A DNA stretch of 64,000 bases. Origin: Kondoa subrosea. Lineage: Eukaryota. This document shows, piece by piece, positions 50,594 to 63,631 of the stretch. The stretch spans positions 1,809,941 to 1,873,940 of the forward strand of contig BCIN01000003.1 of the NCBI GenBank assembly GCA_039545335.1, written 5' to 3'. Made by a program: the position numbers and the translations under genes. The notes beneath the pieces are model-generated. The model searched no databases. It had not been told where the DNA came from and saw nothing but the letters and a program-made list of their open reading frames with translations. Within the stretch, counting starts at the first letter, position 1. Each line of letters begins with the position of its first letter.

Positions 50594-53500
50594 ATGACCA
50601 GTCCCATCAACTCGCGCGACTATGCTATGCCAGACAGTATTTCTATGCCATTGGTCGAGCAAGTGAACGACAGGTCAAGCAAGGAAGCTGTGATTCAAGA
50701 TATTCAAGCTAAAGGAGCCAAAGCTTACAACTTTCAACCTGAAGCCGCTCCTGAAGAGAAAGCAAATGCTTTGTTGATAAATGCGAAATCCAAAGTCTCG
50801 CCTGTTGCTGGAGCAGATCCCAGGCCTGAGAACGTCGGTGTTGGTGAGTGTCATCGACATGCAAGCTAGGAGGCAGCTCAAGTTCCGAGCGAAATGACAG
50901 CCCTGGCATCTGATGTTGGATTATCGAAAACAGCTGCTCCTGCGACTACTGTCAATTTAGCAGATGCAGAACGCGCTACAGCAGTAGAAGCTGCTTCTGG
51001 CCCTTCTTCCTCAGGTGTTCCAGAAGGGAAATTGGCCAACGGCAAGGTGATGTCTCTGATCTCTAAGCTAATCATAGCCTGACAAGAAATCCGACAACAA
51101 ATAGCCAGCTGAAATAGGTTCAGACGTGCAAGTTGGCTGGTCGGGTCAGAAATCAGTTCGAGATGCCCAAACTTCCAATCTAGCTTCACAACCAGATGTA
51201 CCATCTCCTCCCGATCCACTTAGCCAACTGATTCCGGATTTATACTACGGAACTTCGTACCATAACGCAGCAATAATCTTTTTCGCTATCGGAGCAACAC
51301 ATTACTTGACTCGTTTCGGTGGTGGTCTATTCGGTTGTCTGGCTATATGTTTGGTTTGCGCTACTTATTACTCTACTTCCATCAAAAGGGTTCGGCACAG
51401 AGCTAGAGATGATATCTCAAGAGAATTAGCAAAGACTAGAATTTTCACAGAGCATGAATCAGCAGATTGGATCAATGTTTGTTTCCTCAAACAAGTTTCC
51501 AGTTTGAGCTAATATGGATACATGAAGAATTTCTTACGTCGCTTCTGGTTGGCTTATGAACCTTTACTATCCGCTACGATTATCATGGCAGTCGATCAAG
51601 TTTTAGCAGAATCTTGTCCAGCTTTCCTCGAATCACTTCGTCTCACCACCTTCACTTTGGGTACAAAAGGACCTAGAATAGGTGGGTCTACAATCATACT
51701 GAGGACTCGTACTTTCTGGACTGATCGCGTTCACCTACAGACTTCGTCAAGACTTATCCCGATACAGAAGATGATGTAGTAGTAATGGATCTCAAGCTCT
51801 CTTTCGTACCCAATGACATTTTAGATCTAACAGCTAGACAAGCCATGAATAAAGTCAACCCGAAAATCGTTCTCGCTATTCGCTTTGGAAAGGGAATGGC
51901 AAGTGTAGGCAAAGACATTCTTACAGAAAATATTTCTTTCACGGGTGTTATGAGAGTGAAGCTGAAGTTGATGAGCTCGTTCCCAAATGTGAGCAGTCTC
52001 CATTCGACCACTTGGACGAGGAACTGACTAATTGATAGATTAAAACTGTTGAATTCTGGTACATGTTTCTCGAGCATGCCTCACTAAAATAGCTGATTCG
52101 TTGAGTAGCTTCATGGAGAAACCTGTCATTGACTATGTGCTCAAACCGATCGGCTTTGATTTGAATATGGTGAGTTTCTATCCGCTTAACAGGAATCTGA
52201 ACTCATCATTCGGCAGATTCCTGGTCTGGCCAAGTAGGCTATCTCATAACGCTGTACCGCTGTTGTTGAAAGCTTTGATGCGCTTACAGCTTCATTGATT
52301 CTCAGATCCACGCCAATCTGGGTGTAAGCTTATAATAGCTATATCAAAACAAAGCTAAAACTCTTGAATAGCCAATGATGTACTCGCCCAACAGTTTTGC
52401 TCTAGATCTAGAACAACTCCTTTCTGGCGCTCCGATAGGTACAACCTCTCTTTGACATATAGCATGCATATGCTGAAGATGTTTTAGATACGGCTATTGG
52501 TGTTCTCGAAGTCAGAGTGTACAATGCTCGTGGTCTCAAGGGTCAGAAGATGGGCGGAGGTACACCAGATCCATATGTCAGCGTCAGTATCAGTGGTCGA
52601 GCAGAACTTGCCAGAACCAAGACAAAACACAGCACGTCAGTAGTATGCTCGGAGTTTGAGAATACAGCTCGTTGACGCTTATGACAGGGTTGCGCCTCAT
52701 TGGAACGAAACAAAGTACATCCTGGTCAATTCGCTCAGTGATACTCTAGATCTCACAGTCAAAGATTGGAACGAGCGAAGGAAAGATACGGAACTTGGTG
52801 TAGCTCGTTTCGAGCTCAAGGAACTTGAAGTGGATCCGGAACAAGAATCTGTTCGACTACCGGTCACTCTTCTAGGCAAAGATAATGGTCTACTGAGCTT
52901 CGCGGTCAATTACTATCCTGTCATCAAGCCAAAGAAGCTGGAAGATGGTACTTCTGAAGCTGTGCCCGAGAGCTGTAGGCTAATTCCATCTATACTGAAC
53001 ACCATTAACATATTGTCCAGCAACGGGCATCGTTCGACTAACTATCCACCAAGGCAAAGATCTCGATCAGAAGAAGTCTGTTGCTCACAGTCAACTCAAC
53101 CCATATGCAAGGGTTTTCCTGCAAAGTAAGTTGCTCTCATCTGCCAAGTCCACAAGCTCAATGCACCTCAGACACTCCTATCTATACTACTCGTACCCTG
53201 AAACGCACCACTGCTCCTTCGTGGGAATCTTCGACGGAATTCTTGGTCACCGACAAAGAGCAAGCAGTCATTGGCATGAAGATCATCGATGAGCGCGGAC
53301 TTAGCATTGATCCGGTCGTTGGTCATCTTGCTGTCAAATTGACCGACTTGCTGGCTGCGAAAGCGACTGGGAAAGATTGGTTCCCTCTTAGCGGAGCTGC
53401 GACAGGCAGAGTGCGATTATCAGCTGAATGGAAAGGTGTTGCTATGGCTGGCGCTATAAATGGTGCAAGAGGCTATCGAGGTCCGATCGGAGTCATCAAG

Positions 53501-56500
53501 TTCTGGATCAAGCGTGCTATAGATCTGAAGAATGTTGAGGCTCTCACCGGCGGCAAGTCAGACCCATACCTGCAAATTTTGCTAGGCGGGATTCCTCAAT
53601 GCCGTACTGAAATCATTAACAATAAGTGAGCTCTTATGTGTATTCGATGTCCTGGTACTCATGATGTACTATACAGCCTTAAGTGAGCTGTTTCCAGTTG
53701 CAATCGCTTCTTATGCCTGATTCTCTGTGATAGTCCCGAATGGGACGAAATTGTCTATGTCAGTGTCCACAAGTAAGTGGAGTGCAGAGAGAAAAGCACA
53801 ACTACTGAAATTTAGACTAGCGTTCAAGAAAAGCTTACGCTCGAAGTGTGAGCAATGCTTTGTGCTTCTGCTCAACTAGCTAAGGCGGATTGCTAGTATG
53901 GACTACGAGCATCATGGCAAAGATCGGGCGCTAGGCAGTGTCGAGCTCAATGTCTCTTCTTTGGTGTCAGAACATGATCCTTCGTCAGCGCAGCCGTGGC
54001 AGTCAACTGGCAAGATCGAAAGAAACGATATGCTCAGAATAGATGGCAAGCGCAACTTGAAGGGAACCTTATACTATGAAGCCTGCTTGTGAGCTGAGAC
54101 ATTCAGGAATCCGATATGTTCTACTGACTGTGGTGTGACAGCTATCCTTGCTCCGACGTTGGCATCATACGCTTCGATCCCCCACCAACCCCGTTGGAAA
54201 AGGTCAAGGCGGACGATCAATCTGATGCTGCGTCTACTATAAATACAGCTGCGCTGGGCGATCATGTTCGTGACAATGGGCTCATTGCCACAATCTCATG
54301 TGCTAATTTGTTGCTGCTAATACAGGAGCGTGATCAAGAGGATGATCTTGAGTTTGAACAGACTATCAAGCGCATTGCAGCAACGCCTTCGTCGACTGGT
54401 GCTGCTTCTTCCATTTCGCCTGTTGTACCAACGTCCAGATCGAGCAATCAACTTACTCACAAACTTTCCGGATCGGTAGCGAGTCAGAAGTCGGTAAAGG
54501 AGGCGCCGGTCATTCCGCGCGAAGTTCTGCTGAAGACTCGTAAGTGCCTTTGCCTGCTGTGCTGTGCTGAATTCACAGTGACATGGGGTTTCTAGAATCT
54601 GGTATTCTTGTATACAACATCGTCGGTGGTCGCATTGCACGTAAAGCTCGCCTAGAAGTTCTTTTCGATTCCGGATATTGGCCAGCCTGTAAGCTTTGAA
54701 AGACTATCGAATCTGCATACCTACTGTCATTTTTACAGACACAACTGAGAAAGCTCGAAACGTAAACACAACATGGGACGAGATACATGAAACCTTCATC
54801 AGAGAACTGGATTACAGTCGAAGTGAGCACACATATTCATCAGATAGGTACAACTTGTTAACGCATAATTACTAGTCATTTTCAAGCTCAACGAGGCGGA
54901 CAAAGAGACAACCGACGAAACTTATGCGGAATGCTCTCTCGACATGAATGATTTTCTGGAACAGGCCCTTGTAGGTTGCTCGCCTGCATTGGAATTCTCT
55001 CTAATGGTGGAGACAGGACAAGCCAACTGAATTCTGCTTAATGGATAATCGAGGCTTATCCAAGAGCTATATCACTGTTTGCGCGAAATACGTCCCTGTA
55101 CCTATTCAGATCGAACCTCGCGAGAGCGTAAATAGTGAGTAGAGCCCATTCCGCGCTGGTGGAAGCTGACTTTCAGCAGACACCGGTCTTCTTTCTGTCA
55201 ACCTGATTGAAGCTACGGGGCTGCGCGCAGCAGACAGAGGTGGCAACTCTGATCCTTATGCCGAGTTCCACCTTAACGGCGAGCGGATATTCAAGAGTAC
55301 AGTTCAGAAGAAGACACTCAAGCCAGTCTGTGAGTAACACGTCGCTCTGCGGACCAAAGATACTGAATTGGATCATAGGGAACGAGAAATTCGAATGTCC
55401 TATAGTAAGTCAGAACGGCACCTGGGTAGCCTTGCAGCTGACTCCAAATTCTTAGCCCTCACGTGTCGCAGCTCGCTTCAGCATCCATATATACGATTGG
55501 TATAGAGATCTCTATACATATCGGATTCAATGTGCTTACATGCCGGGCAGGGACGCTGTTGGCAAAGCAGACAAGCTCGGTATGGCCGAAATCAACCTTG
55601 CCCAACTTACAGAATTCGAGGCCATGCCACTGACTCTGACCCTTACATCTGAAACTGAGCACAAATCACAAGGGGAAGTTTCTATTCGCTTGATCTTCAG
55701 ACCAGAAGTGAGTCTAGCTACTTGGCGAAAATCCAGTTATTCATGATTTCGTAGTTCATCACCCGCGTTCGAGCTGCTACTTCTGGAACAGTAGGTCGAG
55801 TAGGAACAGGATTAGGTTCAGGCATTGGAACAGTTGGCAAAGGAGTTGGAGCAGTTGGCAAAGGTGTAAGCTACGACTTGACTAACGCTGCAAACGTTCT
55901 CTAAGGCTTCTCATAGGGTGTCAAAATCGTCTCCGTCGCTGGCCACGGTGTCGGATCAGGCGGAAAAGCAGTCGGCAAAGGCGCATTCGGTCTAGCGTAC
56001 AGAGCAACACACGGCGGTCACGCACGAAGCAAATCAACAGCTAGCATCACAGCTGACGACGAAGCATTCATGGCGGCTGGATTGCATCCCGGTAATACTG
56101 CAGAAGCACCTGTCATTGATCCTACGACGGGTCAGATGAGCACACCTACAAAATCAGCTCGATCCGTTTCCGCTGCGACTGCGAATGGCGCGCACAATGG
56201 ATATGCGACGGAGTCGCCAGATGAGGCAGTTCCAGCGTTGAATGGTCGAGTCAATGTTACTATCACTGGCGTACTTGTAGAAGGCGCAGAAAAAACTATG
56301 ATAGTAGTCAAGCAGAATGGCAAAGTATTAGAGAAGACAGGTTCGAGAGGTCACACAGACTCTCAATTTGGTGATACATTCAGTGGTGAGTCTATTCCGT
56401 CATACACTAGTGTTCAAAGCTTACATCTTTTGTAGTCAAAACTGTTGCGGAATCAGCGATGCTTGAATTCAGTGTTCTGTAGGAGACCTTGATTTAGTCC

Positions 56501-56797
56501 TGCTTCTTTGCTAAGAAGACCATCATCTTTAGGGAGAAGAAAACCTTTGGTCGCGACAAACCTCTCGCTACTGCTGAAGTTTCATTATTCGATTACCTTG
56601 CGCCCAACTCGGGTACGACTACTGCTTCGCCGTCAATCCCGCTCACGCCGCATGGATCTATTCAATTGCAACTCGACTGGAAGCCAGAATCAGCAGAGAG
56701 TTCACAGCTTCTCAGCTCAGATTCGCCTGCAAGTGTTCGAACTTCTAAAACATCAAGATTCTCAAGAATTCGTCTTTCGCCGGAGAAGGCATCGTAA
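50594..56797 (+). CDS. Tricalbin (TM hairpin + SMP + multiple C2 domains; ER-plasma membrane tether); very intron-rich
   Basis: ESADWIN|FLRRFWLAYEP and LRLTTFTLGTK; several C2 motifs (GTPDPYV, NVEALTGGKSDPY, AADRGGNSDPY); Gly-rich repeat near the C-terminus. Confidence 0.93.
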
Positions 56798-56915
56798 AGT
56801 AATGAAAACAGGGACATTGCGTGTACATAGAAGGATCCTATCTGGTGTTACCCTAATATTATTATTCGCGGATACAGTGCTTGATTAAGAACAGTCATTT
56901 GGATTGCCTTGCGAT

Positions 56916-58199
56916 ATGGCTGATATCACTTCGTCTGTTGCTGGAGACACCTCTCTCACTGAATTGGGTGTACTGCGAAGTCGAGCGCCAGGTGCATCGC
57001 GTATTCGAACATTGAGCAAGTTATCTGGGCTTCCAAGTGCAGCAAAGCGGCCTCTGGGCAAACGGACTAGCGATGTAGAGAATAAAGCTAAGGAGCAGAT
57101 TCCTGTTAGGCAACGGACGACATCTGTGAGCAGCTGCCTCAAATACCGCATAACCTCTGATGTTTACTTTTCCATTTTCAAGACAAGTACATCAATGCTG
57201 CCTGCTCCTACGAGACTAAGAACGCTCAGTACTGCTTCATCATCAATCTCAGCACGTCCTGTATCGCAAGTGCCTTCTTCCAGCGTTAGAGCAAGAGGCA
57301 CAAGCGCTCTGCCAGTCTCGGCTACCTTGCAACCTGCTTCTACGATACGGCGCGTACGAAGTACATTACAATCTTCGATAGTTGAAAGCAGTGAAGAAAC
57401 GAAGCTCGCTTTGGGTTTGCCAACTTTGGATGCAAGACCAGCTTCAAGGCAAAAGAAGGCTTCTGCAATTCCTGTTGGATCAGTCTCTGGTAACGAGCAA
57501 ACTCGGCAACGTAATTCCAAGACACCTATTACAGCTCATCGAATCCGTACAACAGCTGTTTTACCTTCTTCCTCCTCGAATCGATCTTCCCCTTCACACC
57601 GAGCGGCGACTATTCGCAAAGGTAGTCATCGATCCACTACGCCTCTCCGCAATGCACGACAACCGAAGCAATCCAGTACCCTGACGGAACTCCTGGTGGC
57701 TGCATCAGTCAATAGTCCTACCTTAGAAGATCTCACTCGATCAGCAGATACTTCTTTTGATCATATGCTTTCACCTCTTCGACCCCCTTCTTCTTCTCGT
57801 GTCACTTCAACAGCAGAATTGGAAGCAGAGAAAACATCGCATAAAGCAACTCAAGCTGAATTACGTACAACTAAACATAATTTACAAGCAATCACGCAGG
57901 AACTCGAAGCAGCGAAAAGGGAAACATCCTTGATATCAGCTATGGCTTCTTCTGTAGAACAAGATCTATCTTTGACTAAACAAGAGTTGCAAGTTTATCG
58001 AACGAATGTGGATCAGTGTGTTTCGATAAGAGCGGAATTAGAAGCGCTGCGTTGGGATGATCTGGAGATGGCTTGTAAGAGGGAAGCGAGTGCGAGGAAG
58101 GCAGATAGACAGATGTTGGCTGTTTTGCGAGAGGGGTTGGAGGCGTTTGTTGAACTTGGGGGAAAGCTGACGAAAGAAAGTCAGCCCCCCAGTCCATGA
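56916..58199 (+). CDS. Ser/Arg-rich disordered protein with C-terminal coiled coil
   Basis: Long ORF of about 430 aa, with a probable in-frame intron at ~57126-57182 and a heptad-rich C-terminus. Confidence 0.7.
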   Translation: MADITSSVAGDTSLTELGVLRSRAPGASRIRTLSKLSGLPSAAKRPLGKRTSDVENKAKEQIPVRQRTTSVSSCLKYRITSDVYFSIFKTSTSMLPAPTRLRTLSTASSSISARPVSQVPSSSVRARGTSALPVSATLQPASTIRRVRSTLQSSIVESSEETKLALGLPTLDARPASRQKKASAIPVGSVSGNEQTRQRNSKTPITAHRIRTTAVLPSSSSNRSSPSHRAATIRKGSHRSTTPLRNARQPKQSSTLTELLVAASVNSPTLEDLTRSADTSFDHMLSPLRPPSSSRVTSTAELEAEKTSHKATQAELRTTKHNLQAITQELEAAKRETSLISAMASSVEQDLSLTKQELQVYRTNVDQCVSIRAELEALRWDDLEMACKREASARKADRQMLAVLREGLEAFVELGGKLTKESQPPSP

Positions 58200-58639
58200 G
58201 CCACAATTCGGCGCGTCCCACAAGAAAGAAGAGCTCCAATATTTTGATCAACATCAATCTTATATGAAACAAATCCAACTTATATCGTAAAGTACTTCAA
58301 CGCAAATGAAATGTGTGGACTAATGTGAAGAGTATTCTTGACAGGCTATTTGGAACCTGTTTGTAAGATTCTTCGTCTATTGCCTAGTTCCTCCTTTGAA
58401 ATAGGCCCGCCAGATTACCTGAGATTCATATTACAATGCGTTCAGTATCTTTGGGAAAATTTCTGCTGCATGCGCTGTCATAGGCTACTTTCTTTGCTTG
58501 CATGGGCCTGTTCGTGCCAATTCGAGCTATCTTCAGCTTATGAGCTTTTCCCTTTGTTGTTTCTTCTGGCAGCTCGATTTGATTTGCGTTCTGCTTTTCA
58601 TCTCATCCTTCTACCGTCACTTTTCGAAATTGCTTCTAT

Positions 58640-59300
58640 TATGTCTCCCTTGAATGCAAATGTCGCTGTCTCTGACAGTCGTTCCGTTAGCTTTCAATTT
58701 CCCTGTCACCGCCTTTAGTCTGACAAAGTAGTGCTTAGCTTGCTGAACCTTCTGATGCAGAGGTACTCAAGGTGAGCAGAATTCCTCTGGAAGCTATACA
58801 AGACATTGAGCAAAAGACAGGAATCCTTCATGTCTTATGTGAAGCTGTTACCCAAATGGCGAGTGACCTGGCAGCAGGCTAACGTACATTCATCCTGTGC
58901 TTATTTTGATCTTCGTTGACATTCTGATGTAGCATGATAAAATGTATCACGCCATCAAAAAACAAGATTAGGTAAATCGAGCAAATGCAGGCATCAATGC
59001 TCTTCAGCCGCAAGTCCTCGACTTGCGCGATGTCTTCAAGGACGGAAAGGCTCATCTCGCTGCCTTGAACCTTCTTCTGGGCGACATACAACACTCCGAA
59101 GGCGCGATTCAGTATTATTCTGTCGTGGATTTGAAGAATACTCAGCTATGGCTCAAAGATTATGCTCAGACCGCGGGTCTATCTCAATTTGTCCGTCTGA
59201 TTGAGGCGGTAAGCTCTTCGCAGATATCAAGTTGACAACAGGCCTGGTTGTGTCGCAGAGGTTGAAGACGCTGCTGTTGCTGCGCGAACGGCAGATTGAG
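58640..59300 (+). pseudogene. Small multi-exon hypothetical gene with an in-frame TAG at an exon end
   Basis: Exons ESFMSYVKLLPKWRVTWQQAN|HDKMYHAIKKQD*|PQVLDLRDVFKDG... join at canonical splice sites, but TAG (58969-58971) sits immediately before the donor. Confidence 0.3.
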
Positions 59301-59365
59301 GAGGTCACTACTTAGACGTACGGAGCATTCTATAACATTGAGCTGCGTGTTCCCATCAATCTAGC

Positions 59366-60779
59366 CTACGAGTACATATCAGAGTTATTGTTATTGTTTC
59401 CTGCTCTTCCTGCTCCCCGACCAGCTGCTCCGCCTCGATTGGCGAATGAGGATGCCATTTCCCTGCTATGGGCATGAGCGGTGATCAGCCTCGAAAATAA
59501 AAGACCGACCTAACGCTAGGATCGCTCATCAGGCTTCCAAGCTGCGACATATCAGGCATACCACCTCCATTCTGCATACGTTCGGCCTGAAGAACAATTC
59601 GGGATCAGTCTCACAGTCCTCAAGAACTAATACCACACACCATCTGCCTGATCATGGGATTCTGCATCATTCGTTCCAATCCACCATTGCCCATCTACGC
59701 ACACCACGGATCAGCTGCATCCAGTTGGGACAAAAGGATTGTACCATTTGCTGTGCCATTGCCATCATTTGAGGGTTCTGCATCATCGATGCAATATCAG
59801 GCATCTGCTCAAATCTCAATAAGCAAGAGAACAAGCGAGAATGCATATCACTCACTCCTCCTGCTCCTCCCATCATTCCAGCTAGACCTGCTAGAGGGTT
59901 TGCACCAGCAGCAGGTGTAGCATCAGGTCCGCCAACATCATCATCTTCATCATCGCTAGCATTATCTTCCGCGGCAGTTGCTCTGCTCTTTGCAGTAGCC
60001 AAGCTATTCTTCATACTCTGATTAGCAGGATCCAACTCCAATCCTTTCTCATAAGCTTCCACCGATTCCTTGAATCTTCCTTCACAGAATAAAGCGTGAC
60101 CCAAACGAGAATAAGCTTTAGAGAAAGTAGGATCTAATTCAGCAGCTTTCTTAGCATCTTCTATTGCTTTATCGTGTTTGTTAGATTGAGAATAAGCAGC
60201 TGCTCGATTAGAGTAATAAACTGGGTTGGTGCCATCTAAAGCAATAGCTTTGTTATAAGATTCTATAGCTGCTGAGTGATCTTTTGCTGCCATTTGTTGA
60301 TTGCCTGTAGTCTTATGATCATCGGCTTGAGCTTTCTCTCTAGCTGTTGGACCAGCTTTGGTAGTACCAGAAGTTGACGCTGTCGGTTTAGGAGTAGTAG
60401 TACTACTGGAAGAGGATTTAGTTTTGCTATAGACTTCAACCAATTGCTTGAGTGAAGAAGGTTTGAGTGAGTAGGAAGATTGTTGTGCTGCATCAGAGGA
60501 ATCAATAGAGAATGCCTCTTCTATACATTGGACTGTTGATCAAGCAGTAATGCAATGAGATCCGAGGCAGATTGATAGACAGGCAGGCCCTATAACAGAT
60601 CGACACGTACTGGCTGTTTCAAGACCTTCCTTGTCATCTTCTCGAACGCTGCCATCAGTGACCGCTTTCTGCAGGTATTCGACAATTGCAAAGGCTGTCT
60701 GCTTGTTTCTGAATGATAGAGAGCAAGTCTAGTATCAGTACTGCTTCCTAGTGACCGCGCAGATCGCTTACGAGTCCAT
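59366..60779 (-). CDS. SGT2: Small glutamine-rich TPR co-chaperone Sgt2
   Basis: N-terminal dimerisation domain (FAIVEYLQ...EGLETA); TPRs (YNKAIALDGTNPVYYSNRAAAYS, FSKAYSRLGHA); M/Q-rich DP repeats. Confidence 0.94.
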
Positions 60780-60868
60780 TATTGATCGTGTCAGGTCAAG
60801 CTTAGTGAACACGTTATTCGCTTGTCATCGCAATACAGCCACTGTTTCCCAGCTGGAATATACCCCTG

Positions 60869-61982
60869 ATGCTTCTAGTACCAGACCTGCCTCAAGCTTT
60901 GGTGCAATCCAAATGCGACAATCTGAAACTACTCGCTCGAGGAAAAGTGCGAGACATCTATGCTTTGCCTGATTCAAATTCCGCTTTGCTATTCGTTGCA
61001 ACGGATAGAGTGTCTGCTTTTGATGTCATCATGAAGAATGTACCCTACTCTTTCCTTTTTTTGATCTTCCGTTTTCTTATGTAATGTTCAAAGGGCATCC
61101 CTTATAAAGGTCAACTCTTAAATCAGCTCTCTACTTTCTGGTTCGACTACCTAAAAGATATCGTACCGAATCATCATATCACTTCAAACATTGAAGAAAT
61201 GCCTGCAAGCGTGCAAGAATACTCTGATCAGCTCAAAGGGAGATGTATGCTCGTCAAGAAATGTACAGTATTGAAATGCGAAGCTATAGTACGAGGCTAC
61301 CTAACAGGTTCGTCAGACTCCGTTTGTGCACGCTAGTGCTCATACAAAGAGTCTTGATGAACAGGCTCGGCATATTCAGAATACTTGAAATCTGGGACAA
61401 TGCATGGTGAAACTCTTGAAAAAGACTTACCTGAATCCTACAAGTTTGCAAAACCTATCTTCACACCTTCAACAAAAGCGGATGTAGGCGATAAAGATGA
61501 AAACATCAATATTTCTCAATGTTAGTCTTTGCCTCATCTTCATCTCATCTTTGATCCATCGCTAATACATTGGAATAGTACCTTCTATCCTACCTGACCC
61601 AGCATTAGCGCCTCAATTGATCGATGCGGCACTGAAAGTCTTCGAAAGAGCTTCTTCCCGTGCAAGTCAATCAGGTCTTTTATTAGCGGATACGAAATTT
61701 GAATTTGGACTTTGGTCAAACCCTTCAACTTCTCAAGATGAACTTATATTGATTGATGAAGTTCTCACACCTGATTCTTCTCGATTTTGGCCTGCTGAAG
61801 AGTATGCACAAGGAAAGAAGATGACTGGGTTCGATAAACAGTTCTTGAGGGAATGGTTAAATACTCAGCAAGGTTGGAAAGAAGGTGGATGCGTGATTCC
61901 AGATGAAGTGGTTTTCAAAACTTGGGCTAGATATTTAGAGGCTTTCAGGTTGATTACGGGCAAGGAGTTCGTACCGCAATGA
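60869..61982 (+). CDS. ADE1: Phosphoribosylaminoimidazole-succinocarboxamide (SAICAR) synthase
   Basis: [58 protein letters not shown] and FDKQFLREW. Confidence 0.97.
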
Positions 61983-62786
61983 GGAACAAGAAGGGGCATC
62001 CAAATGATATAGCATATGTTTCAATCCATGGGGTTTATGCTGCAATTTGATGTGTGGTATATCCTCTTTTTAAGAGCCGGTATGCCAGACAATGTGTGTC
62101 CCTTCATCTTCTCTACTGTGATCCCTCTTTGCCAAGTTGACGAGCAGCGGCCATACGTCGACATTCACTAAAGTACAGACGGTCATCATGTGAGTCAAAA
62201 CACCATTACGAGACAGACGCTTTGTGTTGAGGCCATGCCAGAGTTTGACATTCCCGGGCACAAACAACATCAAATCAATGTGCCAGCCTGAAGGCAAGGG
62301 AAACCTCACTAGAGCAAAAGAGTCTGACTTTGCAGCCGAACAAGCAGGCCGAACTATTGTAATAATTGTATCCGTAGCGTGATGCACTATAGTCGTAGCC
62401 GGCAAGAGAGACATGATGTAAAACGTTTGGGCAGGTGCCGCCGGGCAGTAGTTTGATGAATACGCCGTCTCAAAGAGACCGACTAAAGAGGTCGATGTAC
62501 CTCGAATGAAAAGGGTATACAGAAGCAGGCTCGTAGCTCTGGAGCAAGACTAGATTTACATAAGAAGCTGATACAGTAAATGGAACTACGAGATAAGAAC
62601 GAGGGATGAGCGATGAGCGACTGTCAGCCTCGTGTTGAATGCGAGGATTTCAGATATAGCCTGTCGTTCTGCATAGCCTGGCCTGCACAGAAAGTCGCTG
62701 ACTGTAGGCAAGAAGTGCACACCGAATTCAAAATGCGGAGAATCGCTCTTTGTCTTGAACCATATCATACAACCTCTCTATCAAGC

Positions 62787-63631
62787 ATGAGCACCACACC
62801 AACACCTCCATCAAAGGTGAGTCAGCGCCTACCTTGTGCGCAACAGCCGTTCAGGTCGCGCAATTTGGCCGATAACAGCGTGTTGTGATTTATAGATCCT
62901 CTATCTCTTCCACGCCCAAGCTACGGAAGAACCATGAAATAGCTGAAAGAGCTTTAAGACCTTTTACTGAGGAAATAAGTTGGATTGATATTGCTTCGGA
63001 TGAAAGTGGGAAAGCTGCTTGGAGACGATTGGCAGGCGGGAACACGGAGCTACCTTTGATAACTACTGATGGTCAACGAGTTGGTGTATGTTATTCCTGT
63101 TGTGTCACATATCTGCCGTGAGTCAACTAAGTGCTATAAGGACAGTCTATTGAACAATTGGAAGAAGCGGTCGAGTTCGGTGAAGTCAAGCAATTCTTAA
63201 GATTAGACAAACCTCCAGTTTCGTCCGGCAGTATGGTAGAAGATGATCTCAACTCTCTAACAGCGGAAGATGCTGCTGCTTTAGCTCAAGAATTGGATGA
63301 TATGGAATTACAGCAACAGCCTTCTCCTGCAACTGCCCAAAAACGATCTCTTGCTTTGGATATGGATGATTTGGAATCTTTTCAAGGGATGGGAAGTTCA
63401 GGTAGTCAATTATCAAGTGTGCCAATGAGTTTGGGAGTTCCTGGACCACCGCAAAAGTCGGTTGCTCTGATCCATTTCGCTTATCTGTCGGCTCATCATT
63501 GACCCTACAGCTCACTAGCAAACGAATCTGGATTCCCTGCAGAACAAGAGCAGCAATTTCAACCTCAAATAGCTTCACCAGCAGCAATGCGAAAGTCGCT
63601 TGAAAGGCATCATATTGATTACACAAATTGA
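62787..63631 (+). CDS. SH3BGR/glutaredoxin-like thioredoxin-fold protein
   Basis: Spliced RVVIYRSSISSTPKLRK...IDIASDESGKAAWRR...LPLITTDGQRVG...LEEAVEFGEVKQFLRL. Confidence 0.75.

Noticed and set aside
55780..55990. Repeated gttggcaaagg / Gly-rich units
   Set aside because: Coding low-complexity segment typical of tricalbin C-termini; not a CRISPR or mobile repeat.
62070..62768. Minus-strand open frames between ADE1 and the SH3BGR-like gene
   Set aside because: I could not build a consistent exon chain or recognise a family.
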